From: Prochlorococcus sp. AG-418-O03
GTDB lineage: Bacteria; Cyanobacteriota; Cyanobacteriia; PCC-6307; Cyanobiaceae
Length of the DNA: 64,000 bases
NCBI GenBank assembly: GCA_003213855.1
Contig: QCMJ01000001.1
Coordinates: 88,500 to 152,499 of the forward strand
Direction of reading: 5' to 3'
Shown one piece after another: positions 21,515-33,203 of the stretch. Positions within the stretch are counted from its first letter, which is position 1. Each line of letters starts with the position of its first letter. The translations under genes were made by a program, and so were the position numbers. Under the pieces are notes generated by a model, which was given only the letters and a program-made list of their open reading frames with translations, was not told where the DNA came from and searched no databases.

Positions 21515-22744
21515 TTATTTATCTGCAAGCATAGCCTCTACAAATTCATAACTATTAAATGGTCTCAAATCTTTTATACCTTCTCCAGCCCCAATAAACC
21601 TTATTGGCAAATTTACTTCTTCAGATACAGCTAAAGAGACACCTCCTCTAGAAGTGCCATCTAATTTAGTAATAATTGCCCCACTTAAGTCTGCTGATTT
21701 AGCGAAGCTTTTTGCTTGTTTTAAGCCATTTTGTCCCTGACTTGCATCTAAAACTAATAATGATTCAACAATTGCATCTGGGACCTTTTTATCAATAATT
21801 TTTTTTATTTTTGCTAATTCATCCATTAAATTATTTTTTGTTTGCAATCTACCTGCTGTATCAACAAGTAATAACTCAACATTTCTTTTTTTTGCAGAAT
21901 TAATTGCATCAAAAACCACAGCAGCTGGATCAGCATTTTTTGATTGATTAGATATAACGTCAACATTACTTCTATCTCCCCACACTTTAAGTTGTTCTAC
22001 TGCAGCAGCTCTAAAAGTATCAGCAGCAGCAATCAAAGTATTATAATTACTTTTTGATGACAGATATGCTAATTTTCCCAATGTAGTAGTTTTACCAACA
22101 CCATTAACTCCTACTAATAACCAGACATTTAACTTACCCTTTTGGGGAACTAAAAGATCAGAGCCCGAATTTTTTATTGGTTTATCGATAATTAATTTTA
22201 ATTCCTTCTTCAAAAATTTTATTCCTGCTTCTCCACCCACGACTTCCTCGTTTAATTTTGTTCTAAGAGAACTTATAACTTTATCGGTTGAATTAATCCC
22301 AACATCAGCTCTTATTAATAAAGTCTCTAAATCATCAAGAGATTCAGGAGTAAGAGGATCATCTCCCAATTTATCCAATAATTCAGTAACAAATCCTTTA
22401 CGGGTTTCTTCTAATCCTCTGCGTAATTTAGTTAACCAATCAATTTCATCAATCGATATTTGATTTATTTTTTTTCCTTGAGCAGCTAATACCATTGCCG
22501 ACCAAGTAAAATTATCATCAAATTCTCCTAATTCAGTTTCAGCAATAGTTTTAAACTCTCCAACAATATTTTCTTTATTAGGTTTATCAATCAATTCTTG
22601 CTTTTGTTCTTGCTGTTTCTCTAATTCTTGCTTTTGTTCTTCCTGTTTCTCTAATTCTTGCTTTTGTTCTTCCTGTCGTTTTTTTAAAAGTGCATAAGCT
22701 TGTGCAGCCCATTCACGAGAATTATCAGAATCAGTATTAGTCAT
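21515..22744 (-). CDS. ftsY: Signal recognition particle receptor
   Basis: GVNGVGKTTT, DTFRAAA, DTAGR, TKLDG, GAGE...DL motifs. Confidence 0.97.
   Translation of the reverse strand: MTNTDSDNSREWAAQAYALLKKRQEEQKQELEKQEEQKQELEKQQEQKQELIDKPNKENIVGEFKTIAETELGEFDDNFTWSAMVLAAQGKKINQISIDEIDWLTKLRRGLEETRKGFVTELLDKLGDDPLTPESLDDLETLLIRADVGINSTDKVISSLRTKLNEEVVGGEAGIKFLKKELKLIIDKPIKNSGSDLLVPQKGKLNVWLLVGVNGVGKTTTLGKLAYLSSKSNYNTLIAAADTFRAAAVEQLKVWGDRSNVDVISNQSKNADPAAVVFDAINSAKKRNVELLLVDTAGRLQTKNNLMDELAKIKKIIDKKVPDAIVESLLVLDASQGQNGLKQAKSFAKSADLSGAIITKLDGTSRGGVSLAVSEEVNLPIRFIGAGEGIKDLRPFNSYEFVEAMLADK
22593..22676. repeat. 30-bp tandem repeat (about 2.8 copies) in ftsY
   Basis: Unit AATTCTTGCTTTTGTTCTT(C/G)CTGTTTCTCT starting at 22593, 22623 and 22653; encodes QEEQKQELEK. 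Confidence 0.92.
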
Positions 22745-22810
22745 TATTATCTATAGTTCGTAATTAAAATTTTCTAAACACTATTTATTTATATCAAATA
22801 ATTATGAGAA

Positions 22811-23431
22811 TTAAATTGTTTGTAATCTCCTTAAAACTCCATTAATAAATTTTCTTCCTTGCAAATCACTATATTTATTAGCTAAATTAACAGCCTCATC
22901 ACAAGCAACAGCGACAGGCGTGTCCAAAAAATTGATATCCACGTAAGCTAAACGCAGAATATCCCTATCAATTCTTGGTAATCTTTTTAATCTCCAACCA
23001 TCCATTACTTGATCGATATCAGAATCAATACTTTTAAGATTATTAATAATATTACAAATCCTTTGATTTACATCCTCTCTAATATCTATTTGACCGCTAG
23101 AAACAATTAATTTAGGAAAATCTAAAGTGATTGAGAGTGTATTCATTACAGTTTCAATTTTTGTCAGAGATTTTTTTAACTCATCTCGAACATTTGAATA
23201 AGAGGAATCAATACCTTCTTGCAATTCACTATCTAATATTTTTTGTGAAGCATTTTCTAACTCTGACTCGCAATTATCTAATTCCTCTCTGCAATGATTT
23301 ATTAGAGAATCCAAAGCAGATTCAAAAATTTCTTCTATCTGAAATTTATTTAGTTTAAAATCACCTTTATCTTTTATAAGGCCAAGAGAAATTAAAGATA
23401 ATTCTCTAGAAAGGGATCTATTATGCATCAA
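22811..23431 (-). CDS. nusB: Transcription antitermination factor NusB
   Basis: WRLKRLPRIDRDILRLA, DEAVNLANKY, FINGVL; has the cyanobacterial internal insertion. Confidence 0.94.
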   Translation of the reverse strand: MMHNRSLSRELSLISLGLIKDKGDFKLNKFQIEEIFESALDSLINHCREELDNCESELENASQKILDSELQEGIDSSYSNVRDELKKSLTKIETVMNTLSITLDFPKLIVSSGQIDIREDVNQRICNIINNLKSIDSDIDQVMDGWRLKRLPRIDRDILRLAYVDINFLDTPVAVACDEAVNLANKYSDLQGRKFINGVLRRLQTI

Positions 23432-24166
23432 TTAAGAAGAAGTATTAGTGGAAGCACGTAATTGAGAAAACAATTTTGAAAATGTTGGATTTGTGGTGTT
23501 ATTTTTCTCATCTGGATTGACTATCCCAGCAGAAATTATTGTTCTAAAAGCATCTTCAACAGAAATATCCAAATCCTTAACAGAAGACTCAGGAACGAGT
23601 GTGTACCAACCAGTAGTAGGGTTTGGTGCTGTAGGGATGAAAACACTAAGTAACTTTTCTTCCAAATCTGGCTGTAGAGAAGGACCTACGTCTCCAGTAA
23701 CAAAACCTACACTATATAGTCCTTCACGAGGATATTCAACTAAAACAACTCGTCTAAATCTATTAGATTTATTACTTAAGAAAGTTTCTAGCAATTGTTT
23801 AAGAGTTTTATAAACAGCTCCAGCTACTGGGATTTTTGATAAAGTACCCTCTCCGAATTCTAATAACCATCTTCCTACAAAATTTCTCGCCATCAAGCCT
23901 ATTAGCAAAATAGCTAATAAAGGAACTGTTAAACCTAGGGTGAGATTAATTAAATCTTGTAATAAAGGATTTAAAGTAATAAAAGGATTTAGTTGCTTTG
24001 GTACTGAAGTAACTAACGTTAAAACAAATTTACTAACTAATGATGAAAGCCAGATTGTTGTTGCTAAGGGTATTACAACTAACAACCCAGCAATAAGATC
24101 ATTTTTGAGATCTTGTTGAAGCCTAGATCCTAAATTCGAATCTTGATTTTGATTAGATTCAACCAA
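23432..24166 (-). CDS. DUF502 membrane protein
   Basis: AGLLVVIPLATT, VVLVEYPR, FIPTAPNPTTGW, ISAG. Confidence 0.88.
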   Translation of the reverse strand: MVESNQNQDSNLGSRLQQDLKNDLIAGLLVVIPLATTIWLSSLVSKFVLTLVTSVPKQLNPFITLNPLLQDLINLTLGLTVPLLAILLIGLMARNFVGRWLLEFGEGTLSKIPVAGAVYKTLKQLLETFLSNKSNRFRRVVLVEYPREGLYSVGFVTGDVGPSLQPDLEEKLLSVFIPTAPNPTTGWYTLVPESSVKDLDISVEDAFRTIISAGIVNPDEKNNTTNPTFSKLFSQLRASTNTSS

Positions 24167-24311
24167 AATAACGTATTAACTAAATTAACTTTACTAATAA
24201 TTTAACTGTTTTTACTAAGTTAGGATATATTTTTCTTAAAATATATCTATTTTATTTATAAGTTTATTCTCCAAATATAACTTTTAAAAGAAATGCTATA
24301 AAGAAAAAGAA

Positions 24312-25268
24312 ATGATTGATACGATTCAAGACAAAAAAGAAATAAGTAAAAAATTAAAAGAAAAAGCTATTATTGAAGGTTTTGCAGTTGCAGGCATAGC
24401 TTCAATAACAGGTAGTTCGCGCATAAAATTAAGAACTAATGCATTAGAAAGATGGTTATCAAATAACTATCATGCTGAAATGAAATGGATGGAATCAGAA
24501 AAAAGAAAAAATATTGGCTCACTGTTTGAAGATGCAAAAAGTGTTTTATGTGTTGGATTTACTTACATTAATTCACAAAACAACAACAATAATTTCCTCA
24601 AGGTAGCTAAATTTAGCCAAGGTGAGGATTATCATAAAGTGATTCACAAAAAATTGAAGAATATTGGTAAATGGATCAACCTAGAAATACCAGATTGCAA
24701 ATGGAAAATATGTGTTGATACCTCTCCACTTCTTGAAAAAGCATGGGCAGAGGAGGCAGGTATTGGTTGGATAGGTAAAAATAGTAATTTAATCAGCAAA
24801 AAAAATGGTTCTTGGTTTACTTTGGGTTTTATGATTCTCACAAAAGATTTAATGCCAGATAAACCTCATCAATCACTTTGTGGAAAATGTGATATTTGTA
24901 TGAGACATTGTCCCACAAATGCAATCGTAGAACCCTTTGTAATACAATCAGATCTATGCATTGCGTATCACACAATAGAGAGCAGAAATAAAACTATTCC
25001 AAAGAAAATAGAAAAAAATTTAGGTGGATGGGTTGCAGGATGTGATATTTGTCAAGATGTTTGTCCCTGGAATAAATCAGTGCCATACAACAATAATTAT
25101 GAAACTACACAGAAAGAATGGATTAAAAATCTTAATATTGAGTCCCTTAATTGGGACGATAAAACGTGGCAAGAAAATCTTAAAGGAACTACATTAAAAA
25201 GAATTAAACCATGGATGTGGAGAAGAAACATACGAGCAAATATAAAGAATAAAAAAATCAAAATATGA
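24312..25268 (+). CDS. queG: Epoxyqueuosine reductase
   Basis: GEDYH, VDTSPLLEK, GWIGKN, CGKCDICMRHCPT and GCDICQDVCPWN Fe-S motifs. Confidence 0.94.
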   Translation: MIDTIQDKKEISKKLKEKAIIEGFAVAGIASITGSSRIKLRTNALERWLSNNYHAEMKWMESEKRKNIGSLFEDAKSVLCVGFTYINSQNNNNNFLKVAKFSQGEDYHKVIHKKLKNIGKWINLEIPDCKWKICVDTSPLLEKAWAEEAGIGWIGKNSNLISKKNGSWFTLGFMILTKDLMPDKPHQSLCGKCDICMRHCPTNAIVEPFVIQSDLCIAYHTIESRNKTIPKKIEKNLGGWVAGCDICQDVCPWNKSVPYNNNYETTQKEWIKNLNIESLNWDDKTWQENLKGTTLKRIKPWMWRRNIRANIKNKKIKI

Positions 25269-26128
25269 AGAAGTTTTTAAAAAAAATAATCTGGATCTCC
25301 TTGATCTGTTTTTACTTTTTTCAAATAAAAATTGTTCAAGCAATAGTTCCATATTATTATTTCCCAACAATAAAAAATATAAGAAAGCAAAGTTTATATA
25401 TTGGCAAAAATGCATATCAACTACTTTATTTTGGTCAATATGAAGACAGTCTTAACTTAGCCAAATTAGCTGTAAAAATAAATCCAAAGGATGAAAAACT
25501 ATGGTTGATTTTGGCTGAAGCACAAATAGCTAACAAAAAATACAAAAACGCATTAAATTCGCTAAACGAAGCAAAACAAATCAATTCAAATAATAGCGAA
25601 GTATATTTTGCTCAAAGTAATGTTTACTTAAAAATTTCCCAACAAGCAAAAGCAAAGAGTTCTTTAGAAAAAGGAATAAAGATTGAGCCTAATAACCACA
25701 AAGCTATTTTTCAATTAGGAAATATTTTTTTAATGGAAAAAAATTATTTGGGAGCTATCAAATTATTTGATAAATCTATAAAAATCAAGCCTGATTTCTG
25801 GCAAGCAATCAATAATCAAGGTTTAGCTTATTTTGAGAGAAACAATATAAATCTCTCAATCAGACTTTTTGAAAGTGCAATCGCAATTGAGGAAAATGCT
25901 GAACCATTACTAGGCCTAGCCACATGTATCAATAACCATGATACTAAATTAGCAATTCAGTTAGCAAAAAAAGCTTTGGCTAAAGATCCCAAATATGTTA
26001 ATTATGATTATAGAAAAGAACAGTTATGGGGAGAAAAATTACAAGCCTCTACAGAAATTCTTCTAAAAAATGAACTACTAAAAAAAGATGTAATATTGGC
26101 AAAATCCAAAATAAATGAATCATCTTAA
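25265..26128 (+). CDS. Tetratricopeptide-repeat protein, probably exported
   Basis: Signal-like N-terminus and multiple TPR units (A..INP, AIFQLGN, AINNQGLAY). Confidence 0.85.
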   Translation: MKKFLKKIIWISLICFYFFQIKIVQAIVPYYYFPTIKNIRKQSLYIGKNAYQLLYFGQYEDSLNLAKLAVKINPKDEKLWLILAEAQIANKKYKNALNSLNEAKQINSNNSEVYFAQSNVYLKISQQAKAKSSLEKGIKIEPNNHKAIFQLGNIFLMEKNYLGAIKLFDKSIKIKPDFWQAINNQGLAYFERNNINLSIRLFESAIAIEENAEPLLGLATCINNHDTKLAIQLAKKALAKDPKYVNYDYRKEQLWGEKLQASTEILLKNELLKKDVILAKSKINESS

Positions 26129-26205
26129 TGTTCAATACTGGTAAATAATTTTTTACCTATTAGTCTTAATTTAGTTAATTAATAATTATTCAATTTTGCG
26201 CTGTA

Positions 26206-28647
26206 ATGGATAAGAAAAACTTCACTTCCATCTCACTTCAAGAAGAAATGCAACGTTCTTATTTGGAGTATGCTATGAGCGTAATAGTTGGACGTGCGTT
26301 GCCTGATGCAAGAGACGGTCTTAAGCCTGTCCAAAGAAGAATCATATTTGCGATGTACGAATTAGGCTTAACACCTGATAAACCATTTAGGAAATGCGCA
26401 AGAGTTGTTGGAGATGTGCTTGGAAAGTATCATCCTCACGGAGATCAAGCAGTATATGATGCATTAGTAAAGCTAGTACAAAATTTCTCAACTAAATATC
26501 CTACTCTTGACGGCCATGGAAATTTTGGATCTGTAGATAATGACCCGCCAGCAGCAATGAGATATACTGAAACCAGATTATCATCAATAGCTCATAAAGG
26601 TTTTCTTGAAGAAATTGGATCAGAAACAGTAAACTTTTCAAATAACTTTGACGGTTCTCAAAAAGAACCAGATGTTCTTCCAGCCCAACTTCCATTTTTA
26701 TTGTTGAACGGCTCATCAGGTATTGCTGTTGGAATGGCAACAAATATTCCACCTCACAACCTAGGCGAAATTGTTGATGGCTTAGTTACTTTAGTAAAAA
26801 ATAAAGATATAAGTAATAAAAAACTTTCTAACATTATCAAAGGACCTGATTTTCCTACAGGCGGAGAATTAATATATAGTCCTGCAATAGAGGAACTTTA
26901 TGAAACTGGAAAAGGATCCATAACAATAAGAGGAGTTATAAATACGGAAGAGGTAAATTTAGGCAAAGGTAAACATAAAAAGAATGCACTAATCATTACG
27001 GAACTTCCTTACCAAATTAATAAAGCAGGTTGGATTGAAAAACTCGCAGAACTTGTTAATTCGGGAAAGATTATAGGGATTTCTGATATTAGGGATGAGA
27101 GCGACAGAGATGGAATGAGAATTGTAATAGAACTAAAAAAAGATTCTAATTCTGAACTTGTTATTTCTAATTTATATAAAAAAACAACTCTCCAAACAAA
27201 CTTTGGCGCAATATTCTTAGCTTTAATTAAAGGCAAGCCTGTACAACTAAACCTAAAAAAATATCTCAACTATTTTCTTGAATTTAGAGAAGAAACAATT
27301 AGAAAAAGAACAAACTATTTTCTAAAAAACACACTGGAAAAACTTGAAATATCAGAAGGTTTGAGTAAAGCCACAAAAAATATAAAAAAGGTTGTAGAAA
27401 TTATTGAAGAATCAGAAAATTCCTCGGAAGCTAAATCAAAATTAATTGAAAATTTTTTCTTGAATGATAAACAAGCAAATTCAGTCTTGGATATGCCACT
27501 AAGAAAATTAACAAATCTAGAAAAGAAACAAATTGATGATGAAATAAAAAATTTGGAAGAAAAAAAGAATTATTTTCAAAAATTATTGAACGAAAGAGAA
27601 TTATTACTTAAATTACTTATAGAAGAATTATTAATATTAAAGAAAAAATATAATGTATTACGAAAAACAAAAGTAATTAAAAATATAAATCAAAATGAAG
27701 AATTTGAAGCGCTTAATAATCAGATATTAGAAGAATTTATAAATAAAAAAACTAAATTATACATAGACAATAGACTTTATTTAAAAAGAATGATTTTAGG
27801 GAATTACAAAAAATCATTTGAAGTTGTAAACAAAGTTATAGACAATAAAAATATTCAAAAATTTATATGCAATATTGAAAAAAATATAAAATTAATTGGA
27901 ATCACAAATACAGGAAAAGTTTTTAACATTGATTGGGAGTCAAATGTAAATAAAGATTATAAATTAGATAATAAAATTCTTGGAAATATACATCCTAGTG
28001 AAATAATAAATTTTCATTCAATTAAAAAAGAATTTAAAAATTATTTATGCATCTTGAATTCAGATGGAAGATTTAAAAAAGTTTTATTTGATGAAGATAT
28101 GATTAAAAGTAATAGGTCTTTCACGATTACAAAATTAAAAAATAATTTAAACACAATCGATTCATTTATTTCAAATGAAAACAAAGATTTAATGATATTA
28201 ACCTCAATAGGAAGAATTTTTAGGTTTAATTTATCAAATAAATTTATAACGCCAACTTCTAGACAATCACAAGGATTAATACTTGCAAAACTTTTACCAA
28301 CTGAAAAAATCGTTTCTTGTTGTACATATGGTAATGAAGAAAATATTTTTTTAATATCGAAACAAGGAAAAATCTTTTGTATAAATAGTAAAGAAATTTA
28401 TTACTCAAATGAATACAGTTTGGGATACTTGAATGAAAAAACCCAACTTAAAAACGATTACTTCTTCAAAATAATGACAAGTAACTATTACCTTGATATT
28501 GAAACTAATAAAAATAAATCTGCAAGATTGGACCTAAATAAATTAAATTTCAAATCTAATAAATCAAATTTTTTAATTGATTTTTTAAAATTAGATAAAG
28601 ATGAATTTCTTGAAAATTGTTTCCGACTTGAAAGTTTTCTCAACTAA
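26206..28647 (+). CDS. Type IIA topoisomerase subunit A (GyrA/ParC-like paralogue with divergent CTD)
   Basis: [29 protein letters not shown] catalytic Tyr, [14 protein letters not shown]; no canonical GyrA-box seen. Confidence 0.93.
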   Translation: MDKKNFTSISLQEEMQRSYLEYAMSVIVGRALPDARDGLKPVQRRIIFAMYELGLTPDKPFRKCARVVGDVLGKYHPHGDQAVYDALVKLVQNFSTKYPTLDGHGNFGSVDNDPPAAMRYTETRLSSIAHKGFLEEIGSETVNFSNNFDGSQKEPDVLPAQLPFLLLNGSSGIAVGMATNIPPHNLGEIVDGLVTLVKNKDISNKKLSNIIKGPDFPTGGELIYSPAIEELYETGKGSITIRGVINTEEVNLGKGKHKKNALIITELPYQINKAGWIEKLAELVNSGKIIGISDIRDESDRDGMRIVIELKKDSNSELVISNLYKKTTLQTNFGAIFLALIKGKPVQLNLKKYLNYFLEFREETIRKRTNYFLKNTLEKLEISEGLSKATKNIKKVVEIIEESENSSEAKSKLIENFFLNDKQANSVLDMPLRKLTNLEKKQIDDEIKNLEEKKNYFQKLLNERELLLKLLIEELLILKKKYNVLRKTKVIKNINQNEEFEALNNQILEEFINKKTKLYIDNRLYLKRMILGNYKKSFEVVNKVIDNKNIQKFICNIEKNIKLIGITNTGKVFNIDWESNVNKDYKLDNKILGNIHPSEIINFHSIKKEFKNYLCILNSDGRFKKVLFDEDMIKSNRSFTITKLKNNLNTIDSFISNENKDLMILTSIGRIFRFNLSNKFITPTSRQSQGLILAKLLPTEKIVSCCTYGNEENIFLISKQGKIFCINSKEIYYSNEYSLGYLNEKTQLKNDYFFKIMTSNYYLDIETNKNKSARLDLNKLNFKSNKSNFLIDFLKLDKDEFLENCFRLESFLN

Positions 28648-30104
28648 GATTTATATTCATTTTCAACCCAATTTAAGTATTCCTGGTTTACTGTACCTGT
28701 TACATAAGAACCAGTAAAACAACTCATTTCCAAATCCTTAATAGGCGTATTACTTATTATAGATTTACGCAAACTTTCAACACTTTGATAAACAAGATCA
28801 TCAATATCAAGATGATCAGCAATTTCACTTATTGTTCTATCGTGAGCTATTAATTCATCTCTATTAGGCATATTAATTCCATAAACGTGAGGATAACGGA
28901 CAGGAGGAGCTGCTGATGTAAAAAAAACTTTATTTGCTCCTGCATCTTTAGCCATCTGAACAATTTCTTTTGAAGTAGTACCTCTTACTATCGAGTCATC
29001 AACAATTAATACATTTTTATTTTTAAACTCTGCACTCATAGCATTTAATTTTTGTCTTACAGATTTCTTACGTTTCTGCTGACCAGGCATTATGAATGTT
29101 CGGCCAACATATCTGTTTTTAAAAAAACCTTCCCTATATTCTATCCCTAACTGTCTTGCAACTTGCATTGCCGCAGGACGAGAAGAATCAGGAATAGGCA
29201 TAACTACATCTACCTCTCCAGAATTAATTGTCTCTTTTATTGTTTCTGCCAAATAATCTCCCATCTTTAAACGAGCTTTATAAACTGAAATTCCATTCAT
29301 AATTGAATCTGGCCTAGCTAAATAAACATATTCAAAAGCACAAGGAAATAACATTGGATTTTCAGAACATTGCTTAGAAAAAAACTCCCCATTAAGATTT
29401 ATAAAAACAGCTTCTCCAGGATCTACATCTCTCACTACTTGATAATCGTTATTCTCAAGCACTAGAGATTCACTAGCAACCATCCACTCTTCTTTTTTTG
29501 TAGTTAATGAAAGTCTTTTCCCTATGACTAAAGGCCTTATGCCGAAAGGATCTCTGAATGCTAATAAACCATGTCCTGATATTAATGCAATTGAAGCATA
29601 TGATCCCTGAATTCTTTTATGTAAAGATTTAACCGCATTAAAAATAATATCAGGTTCTAATTCTTGATTATTAATTTGTTCTTGTAATTCTGTAGCAAAT
29701 ACATTTAACAACATTTCAGTATCACTTGAGGAATTTGTATGTCGCTTGTCAATATTAAATAATTGTTTTTCTAAATCTCTTGTATTCGTTAAGTTTCCAT
29801 TATGTATCAAAACAATTCCATAAGGAGCATTAACGTAAAAAGGCTGCGCTTCTTCTACACTTTCTGCTGATCCCTTTGTTGCATACCTAACATGACCCAA
29901 TCCAATTTTGCCGATTAAATTCCTCATATCTCTCGTTCTATAAGCAGTATTAACCTGACCCTTAGCCTTATGTATATGAAAAACAGTATTTTCCATTGTG
30001 GCTATTCCTGTTGAGTCTTGACCTCTATGCTGCAAAAGCAAAAGACTATCGTAAATTTGTTGATTTACATCATCAGAAGAAACGATTCCAACTATTCCGC
30101 ACAT
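28644..30104 (-). CDS. purF: Amidophosphoribosyltransferase
   Basis: N-terminal [27 protein letters not shown]. Confidence 0.98.
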   Translation of the reverse strand: MCGIVGIVSSDDVNQQIYDSLLLLQHRGQDSTGIATMENTVFHIHKAKGQVNTAYRTRDMRNLIGKIGLGHVRYATKGSAESVEEAQPFYVNAPYGIVLIHNGNLTNTRDLEKQLFNIDKRHTNSSSDTEMLLNVFATELQEQINNQELEPDIIFNAVKSLHKRIQGSYASIALISGHGLLAFRDPFGIRPLVIGKRLSLTTKKEEWMVASESLVLENNDYQVVRDVDPGEAVFINLNGEFFSKQCSENPMLFPCAFEYVYLARPDSIMNGISVYKARLKMGDYLAETIKETINSGEVDVVMPIPDSSRPAAMQVARQLGIEYREGFFKNRYVGRTFIMPGQQKRKKSVRQKLNAMSAEFKNKNVLIVDDSIVRGTTSKEIVQMAKDAGANKVFFTSAAPPVRYPHVYGINMPNRDELIAHDRTISEIADHLDIDDLVYQSVESLRKSIISNTPIKDLEMSCFTGSYVTGTVNQEYLNWVENEYKS

Positions 30105-30151
30105 AACTTAATTTATTAAAAAGATTAATAGCTGAGAAATGTTTTTCATAT

Positions 30152-32491
30152 TTAAAAATAACCTGAAATACTATTATTAAATTTTTCGGATAATTCCTCA
30201 ACCCTAATATTGCAGATATTTTTATCTTGAATTTTTATCTTAAGCGTTTCACTAGATACATATCCTATTTTTTTTACATAAACACTTGATGGCCAATTTT
30301 TTTGATTTTGTTTTAAATAATTAAGCCATTCATTTTGTTTTATTTTGCTAATTGAAAAAATTATTCTAGAACCTCCTTCTCCAAACAATAAATTATCATC
30401 TCTATTTAAATCATTCTTTAATTCTATCGTTGCACCTTTTCCTGACAAAATACACGACTCTGCTAAAGCTATAGCTATACCGCCATCACTGATATCATGA
30501 GAAGAAACTACATAACTATTCGAAATAGCATTTCTTAAAAAACTCTGGCAAAACTTTTCATCCAGCAAATCTATTTTTGGAGGCCGACCTGTGATTTCTC
30601 CATGAAAATATTCCAAATAAGAACTAGCTGCAATTGTTGTTTCTGATTTATAAGAACCGATTAACCAGATTTGATCATCAATATTTTTCCATTCACTACT
30701 TATAGCTTTTTCGACATTATCAATCTTTCCAACCATTCCAATAACTGGAGTAGGATTGATAGGAGTTATTACATTATCTTTATTTTTAGATTCATTGTAT
30801 AAAGAAACATTACCTCCTGTAACAGGAGTTTCCAATGCTTTACAGGCTTCAGCAATTGCATTACATGAAGATGAAAGTTGCCAATATCCTATTTTATTCT
30901 CCGGAGAAGAAAAATTTAAATTATTTGTAATTGCTACTGGTTCAGCGCCAACACAACTAACATTTCTAGCAGATTCTGCGACAGCAGCGATAGTTCCTCT
31001 AAAAGGATCAAGAGCAACCCATCTACTATTACAATCAACTGAAGCCGCGACACCAGAAAACATTTTACTTTTATTTTTTTTATTTTGTTCCCTTAGTCTT
31101 ATTACAGCTGCATCTGATTTTCCAGGTTTAAAAACTGTATTTGTCTGCACTTGAGAATCATATTGTCTATAAATCCATCTTTTAGAAGCTATTGAGGGAT
31201 TAGAGAGTAGTTTTAAAATGATTTCTGAATAAGAAAAATTCTTATTTTCCTTCAATGAAAATATTTTTTGCTTATAAATTTCTGGTAAATCATTTTCTTT
31301 CCATTCCCATTTCTTTAAAAAATAATCAGGTGGCTTATTAATCACTTTGTGAAAATTGACGGGGGTATCATCAGACAAAGCAGAAGTAGGTATTTGGGCA
31401 ACAATTTTACCTTTATGAGAAATAATTACCTCATTAGTTCCTATAACTTGACCAATAACATTGGCATATAATCCCCACTTATTAAATTTTTCAATAAGTT
31501 CATTAATTTTTTCTTCTTTAACGACAAACAACATTCTCTCTTGCGATTCTGATAATAAATATTGGTATGGAGACATATCATCTTCTCTAGAAGGAACCAA
31601 ATCTAAATCAATAGATATACCTAATTTTCCATTTGCAGCCATTTCTGCACTACTGCACGTTAAACCTGCAGCACCCATATCTTGAGCTGCAATTACATCT
31701 CCTGTTTTGAAAGCATCCAAACAGGCTTCAATAAGACTTTTTTCAATAAATGGATCACCTACCTGAACTGCTGGTCTATCATCTAAAGAATTTGTAGTTA
31801 ATTCTGAGCTAGCAAAACTAGCACCACCAACTCCATCTCTGCCAGTAGTATTACCAACATATAAAACTGGTGATCCTATATTTTTAGCTCCAGAACAAAC
31901 GATTTCATTAGTCTCTAAAAGTCCTAAAGCCATAACATTCACTAAAGGATTTCCTGAATAACTGTCATCGAAGTCAATTTCACCTCCAACAGTCGGCACA
32001 CCGACACAATTACCGTAATGGGCAATACCGGAGACAACACCGCGCAGTAAATCAACATTTGAAGATCTATCAAGGTTTCCGAATCTCAATGAATTCAATA
32101 CTGCAATTGGCCTTGCACCCATGGTAAATATATCTCTTAATATCCCTCCTACGCCTGTTGCAGCACCTTGAAAAGGTTCAATAGCGGACGGATGATTATG
32201 ACTTTCTATTTTAAAAACAAGTTTTTGATTATTACCAACATCAATAACGCCAGCATTCTCTCCAGGTCCAACTAAAACATTTTTACCCTTAGTGGGAAAT
32301 TTAGATAGTAAAGGTTTAGAATTTCTATAACAACAATGTTCAGACCACATAACACCAAACATGCCTAATTCTGTTCTATTAGGTTTTCTCTTTAATCTTT
32401 TGCAAATTTCTTCGTAATCATTAAGTGTTAAATTTTCAACTTTTAGGGCCTCATTAAGATCATAAAGATCATGATTTTCTTGATTTATCAT
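30152..32491 (-). CDS. purL: Phosphoribosylformylglycinamidine synthase subunit PurL
   Basis: WSEHCCY, ESHNHPS, QDMGAAG, SESQERM, GGNVSLYN, HDISDGG. Confidence 0.98.
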   Translation of the reverse strand: MINQENHDLYDLNEALKVENLTLNDYEEICKRLKRKPNRTELGMFGVMWSEHCCYRNSKPLLSKFPTKGKNVLVGPGENAGVIDVGNNQKLVFKIESHNHPSAIEPFQGAATGVGGILRDIFTMGARPIAVLNSLRFGNLDRSSNVDLLRGVVSGIAHYGNCVGVPTVGGEIDFDDSYSGNPLVNVMALGLLETNEIVCSGAKNIGSPVLYVGNTTGRDGVGGASFASSELTTNSLDDRPAVQVGDPFIEKSLIEACLDAFKTGDVIAAQDMGAAGLTCSSAEMAANGKLGISIDLDLVPSREDDMSPYQYLLSESQERMLFVVKEEKINELIEKFNKWGLYANVIGQVIGTNEVIISHKGKIVAQIPTSALSDDTPVNFHKVINKPPDYFLKKWEWKENDLPEIYKQKIFSLKENKNFSYSEIILKLLSNPSIASKRWIYRQYDSQVQTNTVFKPGKSDAAVIRLREQNKKNKSKMFSGVAASVDCNSRWVALDPFRGTIAAVAESARNVSCVGAEPVAITNNLNFSSPENKIGYWQLSSSCNAIAEACKALETPVTGGNVSLYNESKNKDNVITPINPTPVIGMVGKIDNVEKAISSEWKNIDDQIWLIGSYKSETTIAASSYLEYFHGEITGRPPKIDLLDEKFCQSFLRNAISNSYVVSSHDISDGGIAIALAESCILSGKGATIELKNDLNRDDNLLFGEGGSRIIFSISKIKQNEWLNYLKQNQKNWPSSVYVKKIGYVSSETLKIKIQDKNICNIRVEELSEKFNNSISGYF

Positions 32492-32494
32492 TCT

Positions 32495-33202
32495 TTAGAT
32501 CCAAGGGTCATCTTCTTTTTTTTCACTGAACGGTATGGATGTTCTATCATCATTATAAAAACTTTTTTGTTTATAATCTAAGTTTTGGCTTATATCTTCA
32601 TCTTCTTCAAGCCATTCCTCTAATCTATTAGAAGCAATATTTTTCATATCATCAAATCTATCAATAATTTTTTTTCCTTTTTGCATAAATTCATTTTTAA
32701 TACTTGATTTAAATAAAGATAAATTATCTAAAGAATTACTTTCACAAAAGACCAATCCAGGTTGTTGATCATTGATATTTTCAATATTTAATTTCCATCT
32801 ACTAGAACCTGGAATCTTAGGATTAGATCTAGAAACTAAGTAAAATTTAATTTTACCGGTTTTAATTTCAAATAGAAAATCTGCAATAACTCCTATTTTT
32901 GAACCATTTACATTTATCAAATTAGCTTCTATTAAAGTTGGAAACCTATTTAAAGTTGCTAAATCGGAAATAGCCGGATCACCTTTGACATAGATTTCAT
33001 TGTCTATTATTTGAGAAATTTGATTTAATCGCCAAACATTTCTCTTTAAATCAAAATTTGAGGGACGAGAGTACCATCCTAAAATTCTATGGACAGGAGG
33101 ATGCATCCAAACATTTTCTCCATTTCCATAATTAAGGGCCATATTACCCTTAACACTATAATTTAATAATTCACTTAATAAAATTTCTTTAGGTAATTTC
33201 AA
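32495..33202 (-). CDS. Conserved cyanobacterial PRC-barrel-like protein
   Basis: GSKIGVIADFLFEIKTGKIKFYLV resembles a PRC barrel; acidic C-terminus DDPW; lies between dnaN and purL. Confidence 0.75.
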   Translation of the reverse strand: MKLPKEILLSELLNYSVKGNMALNYGNGENVWMHPPVHRILGWYSRPSNFDLKRNVWRLNQISQIIDNEIYVKGDPAISDLATLNRFPTLIEANLINVNGSKIGVIADFLFEIKTGKIKFYLVSRSNPKIPGSSRWKLNIENINDQQPGLVFCESNSLDNLSLFKSSIKNEFMQKGKKIIDRFDDMKNIASNRLEEWLEEDEDISQNLDYKQKSFYNDDRTSIPFSEKKEDDPWI

Positions 33203-33203
33203 G

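Noticed and set aside
22593-22676. 30-bp repeats as a possible CRISPR array
   Set aside because: The copies are directly adjacent with no spacers, in frame inside ftsY, and there are no cas genes.
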